From NCBI GenBank assembly GCA_964351665.1, contig CAYGPO010000007.1:2055-55793 (forward strand): a stretch of DNA of 53,739 nucleotides. The letters are read 5' to 3'. The stretch comes from an uncultured Gammaproteobacteria bacterium (lineage in GTDB: Bacteria > Pseudomonadota > Gammaproteobacteria > Xanthomonadales > SZUA-38). A program made the translations under genes and the position numbers. This document shows, in pieces, positions 26,751 through 35,600 of this stretch. Every line of letters starts with the position of its first letter. Position 1 is the stretch's first letter. The notes beneath the pieces are model-generated. The model did not search any database. It was not told where the DNA came from and worked only from the letters and a program-made list of their open reading frames with translations.

Positions 26751-28619
26751 ATGAAAAAGAAACGTATAATTATGCAGGGACGCATTTCACTATGGGTCCT
26801 CAGTTTGCTCGTGGTGTTCGTAGGCACTACCAGTACTGCTGTGGCCCAGTCTGAAACCCCAGCCGATGAGGCTGACCCCCAGGCCCGACCAGCTCGTCTG
26901 GGCGATTCACTGTCAGTGGATCCCGGACAGGAGTGGACCCCGGGCCAGCAGTCACCGGCTGACCGCCAAGATGAACTTCGGCGCAAGCTCGCGCTGGGTA
27001 AAAACGCGCTGGATGCGGGCAATCTGCTGGCGCCCTTTGACGCCAGTGCGTTGAATTATTTTCGCCAGGCCTTAGCCATCGATCCTGAAAATTCCGAGGC
27101 CGATACCGGGCTCAATCAATTGGCTGACCGATTGCTTGAGCGCGCCGCTGAGCAGTTCAGCCTGGGCAATCTGCAGAGCGCCAGAGACACCGCCGCTACC
27201 GTGGCCGGTTTCCGTCCGGGGTATCCGCCGCTTAACGCTCTGCGCACCCGCTTCAGCGAGCAAAATCAGCTCAGCGGGCTGTTGGTAGAGGCCGACGCAG
27301 CGGTTCAGGCCGGCGCCCTGCTGATGCCCCTGGAGTCCAGCGCCTTGGGCTATTTTGACCAGATGCTGGGGATCAATTCGCAACACCCAGAGGCCTTACT
27401 CGGTCTGCAGAATCTAATCACCACGGTGCGGACATCCATTGACGAGGCGATTGGCAGCGGCGATTTCGACGGCGCAGCGCAGCAGCTTGATCTGGCCGAA
27501 TCGGCCTTTGCCCAGGCCACCCATAGTTTGATCGGCCCGGAGCCGCCGCTGCAGGGGCTGCGAGAGGTATTGGTGTCTTCCCGCGCCCAGCAGTGGCAGT
27601 CCAACCTGGCGGCGGCAGAACAAATGCTGGCATCCAATCAGCTTGATGCTGCGCGGGCTGAACTCACGACCCTTGAGAGCAGCGGGTATCCAGGGGATCT
27701 AACCCGCCTGCGGTCTCAGATTGAGCGCAGGGCCGAGCTCATGAGCTATCAGCCAGGCAGCGTGTTTGCTGACAATCTGCGCGGCGGCGGTGACGGGCCG
27801 CTGCTGGTGGTGATCCCCGCTGGCCAATTCCAAATGGGCTCTCCAGCGGGCGAGGAAGGAGGCACCGAACGGGAAAGGCCACTGACTGAAATCACCTTTG
27901 CCGCGCCCTTCGCCATGGCCCGGAGCGAAGTGACCGTGGCCCAGTTTGCCGCCTTCGTCGCTGCCACCGGCTACCAGACCACCGCCGAAGGTGGTCGCCG
28001 CGGCCAGCACCATGACCTGGGAACTGGAGGATTCAAGGAGGCTAGCGTCAGCTGGCGGCAGGATTTTGTCGGAGATGATGCCCAGGGCGAGCTGCCGGTT
28101 ACCCACGTGTCCTGGGTCGATGCCCAAGCCTACGCATCCTGGTTAAGTGAGGCTTCGGGAAAAACCTATCGGCTGCCCTCAGAGTCCGAATTTGAGTACG
28201 CCCATCGCGCTGGCAGCGAGACTCCCTATTGGTGGGGTGAGGACTCGCCTGATGAGCCCCTGGAAAATCTGACCGGCAGCCGCGACGAGCTGCAGGGTTT
28301 AACCTGGCCGGATTCGTTCTCCCGTTATGGCGACGGCTATTGGGGGCCGGCCCCGGCGGGAAGTTTCAAACCCAATCCGTGGAACGTGTTTGACCTGGGT
28401 GGCAACCTGCTGGAATGGGCCGGCGACTGCTTTCAGGACACTTTGCGCGATATACCCACCGACGGCAGAGCCCGCCAGATTAGACCCTGCAGCGTCAGGT
28501 CTTTGCGCGGCGGAGGCTGGGCGGTGTCACCGACAATGGCCCGCGCCGCCAGCCGGGCGTCTGCCCAGGCCGAGCGCAGCAGTCCGTTAATCGGATTTCG
28601 GGTGGTAAGAGAGCTGTAA
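26751..28619 (+). CDS. Secreted helical-repeat protein with a C-terminal FGE-sulfatase (SUMF1/CLec-fold) domain, paralog 2
   Basis: Same architecture as the upstream gene (PAGQFQMGS, RLPSESEFEYA, DLGGNLLEW, IGFRVVREL). Lacks the catalytic Cys pair. Confidence 0.88.
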   Translation: MKKKRIIMQGRISLWVLSLLVVFVGTTSTAVAQSETPADEADPQARPARLGDSLSVDPGQEWTPGQQSPADRQDELRRKLALGKNALDAGNLLAPFDASALNYFRQALAIDPENSEADTGLNQLADRLLERAAEQFSLGNLQSARDTAATVAGFRPGYPPLNALRTRFSEQNQLSGLLVEADAAVQAGALLMPLESSALGYFDQMLGINSQHPEALLGLQNLITTVRTSIDEAIGSGDFDGAAQQLDLAESAFAQATHSLIGPEPPLQGLREVLVSSRAQQWQSNLAAAEQMLASNQLDAARAELTTLESSGYPGDLTRLRSQIERRAELMSYQPGSVFADNLRGGGDGPLLVVIPAGQFQMGSPAGEEGGTERERPLTEITFAAPFAMARSEVTVAQFAAFVAATGYQTTAEGGRRGQHHDLGTGGFKEASVSWRQDFVGDDAQGELPVTHVSWVDAQAYASWLSEASGKTYRLPSESEFEYAHRAGSETPYWWGEDSPDEPLENLTGSRDELQGLTWPDSFSRYGDGYWGPAPAGSFKPNPWNVFDLGGNLLEWAGDCFQDTLRDIPTDGRARQIRPCSVRSLRGGGWAVSPTMARAASRASAQAERSSPLIGFRVVREL

Positions 28620-28624
28620 AGGGG

Positions 28625-29995
28625 TTAGCCCATGGGCGTAAGTTTGCTATCAACCAGACCTTTGGCCGCGTTCCAGTCTATCTGATCAATATGCTCCGCA
28701 TTGCGGGTAAGCTGGGTCAGGATTTCCAGGTTGATCAGCCCCCGGGCCTGGGCCTGGGCGTAGCCCATCTGGTGGAACATGACCAGGGAATAGCGTGGCA
28801 CGAAGCGCTCCGGAAAACGCCTTTCCAGGGCCAGTTCCAGCTGCCGTCGCAGTCGATAGCCAGGATCTGTCACCGAGCTTCGCATCTCCAGATAGTTTTC
28901 CATCGCCATCTCCGAAATGGCCCTGGCGTTGTCCTGTCGGCGGCTCTGAAAACGCCGGAAAGCCTGCTCAAAGGTTTGTGAGTCTTCAAGGCATCGGTCC
29001 AGCTCCTGAACATCTTCCAGAGCGCAGTTCATACCCTGACCATGAAACGGCACGATGGCGTGGGCGGCGTCGCCCAGGATCAGCGCCCGGCCCCCTGAAT
29101 ACCAGTGTTCACAGGACAGTGAGCCCAGAACGCCAATGGGCGGCTCATCGGTGTTTGGTGATTCCAGCTGTGCTGCAATATCCGGGAACTGGGCCTGAAA
29201 AAAGGCCTTCAGCTCGGTGGGCCTGCTGATCGAGGCAAAGGACTCAGGGCCCTGGTTGGCCATGAACGCGGTGGCGGTAAAACTTCGGTCCAGGTTGGGC
29301 AGGGCAATCAGCATGAAATCTCCCCGGGGCCAGATATGCAGGGCGTCGGGCCTTAATGCAAAATCACCCTGGCCGTTGGCGGGTATCCCAAATTCCCGGT
29401 AACCGTGGTCCAGCAACTGGCTGTGGGTTTTGCCGCCGGTGGCCTGCTCAATGGCTTTGCGAACCGTCGAGCCAACCCCGTCGGCGCCGATCAGGGGGCC
29501 GGTGCTGCGCTGATAGCTGCGGCCCGAGGCGTGGTCAACAAACTCGCTGATGCCGGCATCAAGATCGACGGATTTGAGCTGCTGGCGAAAATGGCAGCGA
29601 ACCCGCCGGGTGCCCTCGGCAGCGTCGATTAGAGTCTGATTGAGATGCTGCCTATGCACCGAGTAGATGACTTCAGACGGACTCTGGCCGTAGCGAAGCA
29701 AATCCGACGGGCCGTCTTCCAGATGCACCATCCTCCCCACCATGGGCAGGGCCAGCTGCGCTACCCGGTGGTGCAGGCCTACGCCCTTAAGGGCGGCAAT
29801 ACCGCGCTGGGCCAGCGCCAGATTGATCGAGCGACCCTCAGCCGTAGCCGCCGCCTTACGAGGGTCCGGGTCACGTTCAAACAGCTCAACCTGAAACCCC
29901 CGCCGGGCCAGGTACACTGCCAACAGGCTGCCGGCAAGGCCGGCGCCGATGATGGTGATGGCCTGGCTATGGGTAATCGTTAATGGATGGCTCAT
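28625..29995 (-). CDS. kmo: Kynurenine 3-monooxygenase
   Basis: GAGLAG, GRSINLALAQRG, ALHIWPRG.FMLIALPN.D, GDAAHAIVPFHGQGMNC..ED, NYLEMR and PRYSLVMF motifs. Confidence 0.9.
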   Translation of the reverse strand: MSHPLTITHSQAITIIGAGLAGSLLAVYLARRGFQVELFERDPDPRKAAATAEGRSINLALAQRGIAALKGVGLHHRVAQLALPMVGRMVHLEDGPSDLLRYGQSPSEVIYSVHRQHLNQTLIDAAEGTRRVRCHFRQQLKSVDLDAGISEFVDHASGRSYQRSTGPLIGADGVGSTVRKAIEQATGGKTHSQLLDHGYREFGIPANGQGDFALRPDALHIWPRGDFMLIALPNLDRSFTATAFMANQGPESFASISRPTELKAFFQAQFPDIAAQLESPNTDEPPIGVLGSLSCEHWYSGGRALILGDAAHAIVPFHGQGMNCALEDVQELDRCLEDSQTFEQAFRRFQSRRQDNARAISEMAMENYLEMRSSVTDPGYRLRRQLELALERRFPERFVPRYSLVMFHQMGYAQAQARGLINLEILTQLTRNAEHIDQIDWNAAKGLVDSKLTPMG

Positions 29996-30113
29996 GATAA
30001 AAATCTACCATGACCGACGGCCAGGCGTCTGCGGCGGTTGCTCTTAAGGTGACTGCCCCAGTAAGGTATCGGCGTTCATCATCCCATCCCAGCCACGACC
30101 CAATCGATTAGCC

Positions 30114-32126
30114 ATGAATTCCAGCCAGCAACAATTATTTCGCAGCGCCGCTGGGGCCCTCGCTGCCGGTCAGCCCCAGCGTGCGGTGACGCTTTGTCAG
30201 GAGCTGCTTACAACGCTGCCTAATCATCTGGACTGTCAACACCTGATGGGGGTTGCGTTGATTGAAACCGGGGCCACAGAACAAGGCAGCCAGCTGCTGC
30301 AGCGGCTGCATCAATCAAATCCCAATGATCCAGAGATCCTCTTTAACCATGCCAGCGCCTTGCTCAACCGGCAGCTGGCCGCTCAGGCCCTGGAATTATT
30401 TGACCGTCTGCTCGCGTTAGCTCCCTGGCATGTGGCGGGTCACAACAACCGGGGCTCTGCGCTGCTGGCCCTGGGCAATATTGATGCAGCACGACTATCC
30501 TACGCTGAGGCTGTTCGGCTGCAGCCGAGGCATGCCAGCAGCTGGTTTAACCTGGGTAATCTGGAAGTCGAGGCAGACCGGCTTGAAGATGCCGTCAGCG
30601 CCTATTCCCAGGCAATAGAGGCGGCTCCCGGCCATGCCCAGGCCCACCTGGCCCTGGGTCACCTGAAGTTAAATCTGGGGCTGTTTCGTCAGGCCGTAGC
30701 ACCGTTGCAGCGCTGCACCGAGCTTGAGCCCCAGGAATCAGAGGGCTGGAGACTGCTGGCCCAGGCCCTGGCAGGGGTCAATAAGTTTGATAACGCGCTG
30801 TCTGCGGCCCACCGGGCTACCGAGTTGGCGCCTGAATCTGCCGATGGATGGAACGGCCTGGGCGCCCAGCTGACCGCACTGGGCAGATTGGACGACAGCG
30901 AAATCGCTCTGCGCAAGGCGTTGCAGCTGGACCCGGATATGCGGGTCGCCTGGGCCAACCTGGCGGCTTTGATGGAACTGGCAAACCGTCCCCAGGATTG
31001 CCGGGATATCGTCTCAAAGGCCTTGTTGCGTTGGCCAGCGGAGCCAGGGCTGCTGTTGACCCAGGCGCGCCTGCAACGCGGCGCCAACCAGTTGGCTGAG
31101 GCGCTGGAAACCCTGCAGCAGATAGATCTTGCCTCCGCTGGCCCACAGCACCAGCGTGAAGCTCAGTTTCTGTTTGGACAGACCCTTGATCGATTGGGGG
31201 ACTACTCGCAAGCCTTTGACCACTACCTGAAAGCCAACCGGCTGGCGGCGCAACAGTGGCAGCAGGGAGACCCGACCCCTGACACCATCGTGCCGGCGAT
31301 GGACGGGCTGGAGGCCTGTTTCACCGACGGTTTCGTTCGCCGTTGGCAAGCAAAGCCGTTGGCAGGCCCAATGCCAGCGTTCGTGGTCAGTTTTCAGCGG
31401 TCCGGCACCACCCTGTTAGATACCATGCTGGGATCCCACAGCGATGTGCTGGTGATGGAAGAAATACCTGTGATCAACGCATTGATTCGGGAAATTGGCA
31501 GTTACCCCCAGGCCCTTGGCGGTGCCTCAGTAGGCCAGCTTGCCCGCTGGCGTGAGGTTTACTGGGAGCAGGTCCATCAGCAGGCCGGCTACAGGCTCAA
31601 GGCGCACCAGCGACTAATCGATAAATCTCCACTGCACACGATCCACCTGGGGCTTATTCAACGGCTATTTCCCGGAGCTCCGATTATTTTTGCCCTGCGT
31701 CATCCACTGGACGTGGTGCTGAGCTGTTTTATGCAGGACTTCACCCTATCGAGCTTTATGCGTCGCTACACCACCATTGAAGGCGTTGCTGAGGTCTACC
31801 AAAAAGTCATGGGTCTGTGGCTGCAGTACCAATCGGTGCTGCCCCTGAATGTGTTTCAAATTCGCTACGAAACCCTGGTCATAGAGCCCGAGCCACGGAT
31901 GCGAGAGCTGCTTGAGTTTCTGCAGCTGCCCTGGGATCCGGCGGTGCTTGATCATACCCGGCATGCGAAAGACCGAGGGTTGATCAACACGCCCAGCTAT
32001 CACCAGGTCACCCAGCCCCTGTATTCAAGCTCAAGTTTTCGCTGGAAGCACTATCGTTCTGAGTTGCAACCGGTGATGACGTCATTGGCACCGTGGTGCG
32101 AGACCTTCGGTTACCCGCTGGATTGA
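30114..32126 (+). CDS. TPR-repeat sulfotransferase family protein
   Basis: Many TPR repeats (e.g. HNNRGSALLALG, WFNLGNL). PAPS-binding loop RSGTTLL, IDKSP, RHPLDVVLSC, RYETLV and TPSYHQV motifs. Confidence 0.9.
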   Translation: MNSSQQQLFRSAAGALAAGQPQRAVTLCQELLTTLPNHLDCQHLMGVALIETGATEQGSQLLQRLHQSNPNDPEILFNHASALLNRQLAAQALELFDRLLALAPWHVAGHNNRGSALLALGNIDAARLSYAEAVRLQPRHASSWFNLGNLEVEADRLEDAVSAYSQAIEAAPGHAQAHLALGHLKLNLGLFRQAVAPLQRCTELEPQESEGWRLLAQALAGVNKFDNALSAAHRATELAPESADGWNGLGAQLTALGRLDDSEIALRKALQLDPDMRVAWANLAALMELANRPQDCRDIVSKALLRWPAEPGLLLTQARLQRGANQLAEALETLQQIDLASAGPQHQREAQFLFGQTLDRLGDYSQAFDHYLKANRLAAQQWQQGDPTPDTIVPAMDGLEACFTDGFVRRWQAKPLAGPMPAFVVSFQRSGTTLLDTMLGSHSDVLVMEEIPVINALIREIGSYPQALGGASVGQLARWREVYWEQVHQQAGYRLKAHQRLIDKSPLHTIHLGLIQRLFPGAPIIFALRHPLDVVLSCFMQDFTLSSFMRRYTTIEGVAEVYQKVMGLWLQYQSVLPLNVFQIRYETLVIEPEPRMRELLEFLQLPWDPAVLDHTRHAKDRGLINTPSYHQVTQPLYSSSSFRWKHYRSELQPVMTSLAPWCETFGYPLD

Positions 32127-32134
32127 TGGTCACA

Positions 32135-32355
32135 CTGATGACCTGACAAATCCCAGCGCTTTCAGGTCCTTGCGTGATCAGCCTAAAAGGCGGTGGCTGA
32201 CGGTGTGTCGCTGTCGGCGTCTCGCCTCAGCTGGCGGCCCATCCTGAACGATCAGCCTCAAACCATAGCGTTCGCCATGGGTTTTCGCCCGATCGTCCAA
32301 TCTGGACTCGCCAGCTGAGTCGAGCCATCGGACCTTCATGAATAATGCGGGCTAG
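32135..32355 (+). mobile_element. Miniature inverted-repeat element family A, copy 1 (left terminus missing)
   Basis: Ungapped 221-bp match to 42420-42640 with 21 mismatches by my manual count. Ends in TGAATAATGCGGGCTAG and contains a long internal hairpin at 32221-32324. Confidence 0.8.
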
Positions 32356-32518
32356 AAGTCTGCGCCGTAGAAACTTCCGGGCTGCAAATCCGCGCTCATC
32401 TCTAGTTTGTGCCTATCGCCCTCGTCAAATAGCGCAGCTATTTTCCTCCCGTGATAGTCCCAACCTATGGCGATCACGAATTTTCGCCGGCGAAAGTTTC
32501 TATGGCGCAGACTCCCAG
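32352..32518. mobile_element. Miniature inverted-repeat element family B (about 167 bp, palindromic)
   Basis: Terminal inverted repeats AGTCTGCGCCGTAGAAACTT (32357-32376) and AAGTTTCTATGGCGCAGACT (32494-32513), 19/20 complementary. Bounded by CTAG and CCAG, with a central AAATAGC-GCA-GCTATTT palindrome. Confidence 0.7.
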
Positions 32519-32638
32519 GGGCTCGGTTCTTGCGGCCAAAGTCCACCGGTGCGCTTGTGCAAATTTCCCGATGTGGTAAAAATTTCCATCAAGGAGATCG
32601 CTGATGATGCGGCGGGTACGCTGCCAAATGGACTTGAA

Positions 32639-35600
32639 ATGATGGAATTATCTACCCTGTCAGTACGCTGGTTGTGTGTCGCAGTGTTGGCTGTCATGCC
32701 GCTGCCGAGCTCTGCCCAGAGCGCGGCTTTTGAGCAAATTCTGAAGGCCTTTGGGATGGAAGCGCCGGTCCCTGCCGAACCTGCGGTGCACGTGGACAAA
32801 GCGCTCAACTATCAGCTCCAGATTCCCCCGCGATACTCAAAACTTGACCCAGTCAAGGTCAACGAAGATGCCAATCTAGCCCTATGGAATCGGTCCAAGG
32901 GGCACTGGGTGATGGTGACCGCCGAAGACGCCGGCCTGGATATGAACAGTCGCGAAGTGGCGGACTTTGCCCTGGCGATGCTGGAATCCAGCATCAAGGT
33001 ACGAACATTGGCGAGGGCCGATCATCGGGTCAATGGCATTGATGGTCATCTGCTTAAGATCACCGGAATCACCGGGCGGCTGAAGGTCGCTTACCGGATT
33101 TGGGTTGTTAGCTACAACGGGTTTGTCTACCAGGTAACCAGTTGGAAACAAGGTCCGGCCAGCCAGGAGTTTGTGGCCGCTTCAGAGCAGATTCTGGAGG
33201 GTTTCGCAGTGCTTGATCCGGACCTGCACTCCGATGAGTTTTGGGACAAGTTAAACCCTGCCAAAACGGCCTCATCCACCTTTGGATATCAGCTGCCCAA
33301 CGGTGGTCGTTGGTTGGTGTCACCATCGAATTCAGACCTCTATCAGGAGGCTGATGTGGCCGCGGTTGACCGCTCCGGGCTAGTCCAGCTGGCCGTAGTA
33401 CCAGTTTGTCATGAAGGCCTGGAGCCCGGCCTGGAGGCGCTGCAGTCGGCGCTGGTTCCGCTGCTTACCGACACCCCGATAGCCTCTTTGGGTGCGCCCC
33501 AGGCAGTTGTAGCCGATGGCGTTGAAGGCAGCGCTTTTAGCCGGACCAGCGAAGGATTCAGTGAATGGGTCTGGATATTCTCAAACGCCGGCTGTAGCTA
33601 TGCAATCCTTTACTACGGTCCGGCTAACGACGGTAACCAGAGTGCTGAGGCGGCTGCGATGATCGCACAATGGGATTTTTACCAGCCGTCAATGAGCACT
33701 GCCGCTGTCGATGAGCTGGCCCGCAACGCTTTGGCGCTGGCGGAGCTGGGAGATCACTATGTGGCTGCGGAAAGCTACCGCAATGCCCTTGACTATTTTT
33801 CATTAGCCATCGCCAACGATCCGACCAGCTATTCCCACGTTGGTTCCGCCGCCAGCGCTTACAATCGTCTGTCGGCTTATGCCGAGGGCCTGGCTTTTCT
33901 GCGCCAGGTGGAAGGTCAGTTTCCTCGCTCCCAACAACTCAAAAGCTGGCTCGCCTGGTTCAGCCATAAGCTGGGAGACGGCGCTACGGCGCTGGCCTTG
34001 TATCGGACGTTGTTTGCCGAGGGCTATCGATCCGATGAGGAGCTGGACGTGCTGCTGGATTTGTTGGCTGACAACCAGCACTGGGAGGAGCTGGATCAGG
34101 CCCTGGATCAATATTTGACCTCAGCAGACACGGCAGATCGAACCCTTCGTCTTGCGCGAGTTGAAATGCAGCGGGATGAAGGTGCTAGAGCGGTGGACCG
34201 ACTGTCCGCACTGGATAGCAATACGCTTAGCAGCCCCCAGCGGGTCAGCTTGATGAATACCTACATCGATCTGGAGCAATATTCCCTGGCCTTGGATGTG
34301 TCCGATCAGCTGCTGGTTGGTGGCTATGAGTCTGCCAATCTTTATTACCAACGCGGTGACGCTTATTTTGGACTCGGTCAATATCTCCAGGCCCGAAGCG
34401 CACTTGAGATGGCCCTGGAACGCGCGCCGGGAAGCAGCTCAATTTTGGACTATCTCAATTACATCAATAACTATCTGGGGGAGGGCGATAGCACGATAGT
34501 TAGCCGACCCATCGAGCCGGTGTCATTGCCGGCGACAGTGCAACCCCGATTTGACAACAACACGCTGACCGTTGCCGATTCGTTGCAAGACTACAACACA
34601 GTCAATCTGTTTCTGGCCACCGGATATTCACACCACCCTGAAGCAGCGCTGCGCAAAACCGAGTACCGAAAATTCAAGGTGTTAAACCAATCTGCAGTGG
34701 ACGCATCCAATACGCTGCAAGTGACTTTTGATGCCGGCAATGAGCGGCTTTACGTAAATTTTCTGAAGGTCAGAGGAGAGCAGGGAGAGCTGCTCACAGA
34801 GGCTGATCGCAGCCGCTTTTTCATTACCAGCGCTGACGATGATATCCAGGCGGACGAGGAAAAGACCTTGAATATTCCGGTGCCCCAGCTGCAGCCCGGC
34901 GGCATCGTTGAATTAGTTTATACCGTCGAACGTCTGGGCTCGCCGGGTCAGTTTCCGGTGGAGCGTCACTATGCAATGAGCGGCCGGCCCACCGCCGACT
35001 TTTTTCTGTTTGTAAACGACCCCTTGAGCCGTGTTGTGCACCGGCAGCATTTGCTGGACCCCCCCACCCAGGGTGACGGCCTGACCCTTTGGCACACGCA
35101 ATGGCCAACGCCGTATTCTTACGAATCTCAGAGCCCCGACCTTGAGGACTATGCGCCGTGGCTGCAGCTGGGAGTGCCGGGAGATAGCTGGACGGTGATA
35201 GGCCGCGACTACCTGGACACCATAGCCGAGTATATTGATCCGCAATCGGTGCAGGAAAAAACCACAAAACTGGTGGAAGGCCAGACAGAAAGGGCCGAGA
35301 AAATTGCCACCATTGTGCGCTATGTGCAGCAAAACATTACCTACAACGCCATAGAGTTTGGTCGCCGTGGCTACATTCCGCGAGTGGCCCGGGAAACGGT
35401 CAGAGATCGCTACGGTGATTGTAAAGACCACGCGGTTTTGTTGCACACCATGTTGGCATCGGCGGGCATCAAATCTCATCTGGCGTTGGCCAATCTGTCT
35501 GAGGCTGTGCTGCCAGATATGCCGTCCATGGATCAGTTTGACCATATGGTCGTCTATCTGCCTGACGATGAACTGTTCATTGATGCCACCGATAAAAATC

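Noticed and set aside
24667-28619. Diversity-generating retroelement targeting the FGE/CLec-fold proteins
   Set aside because: There is no reverse transcriptase or Avd gene, and I found no near-identical template repeat differing only at adenines. The two 3' ends differ at all base types, as expected for old paralogs. A remote DGR cannot be excluded from this window.
24667-28619. True formylglycine-generating enzymes for sulfatase maturation
   Set aside because: The catalytic Cys pair after RGGS is absent in both proteins, and no sulfatase gene is nearby.
32345-32638. N-terminal 98 codons of the 1330-aa ORF
   Set aside because: They run through miniature inverted-repeat DNA. A clear signal peptide begins only at ATG 32639/32642.
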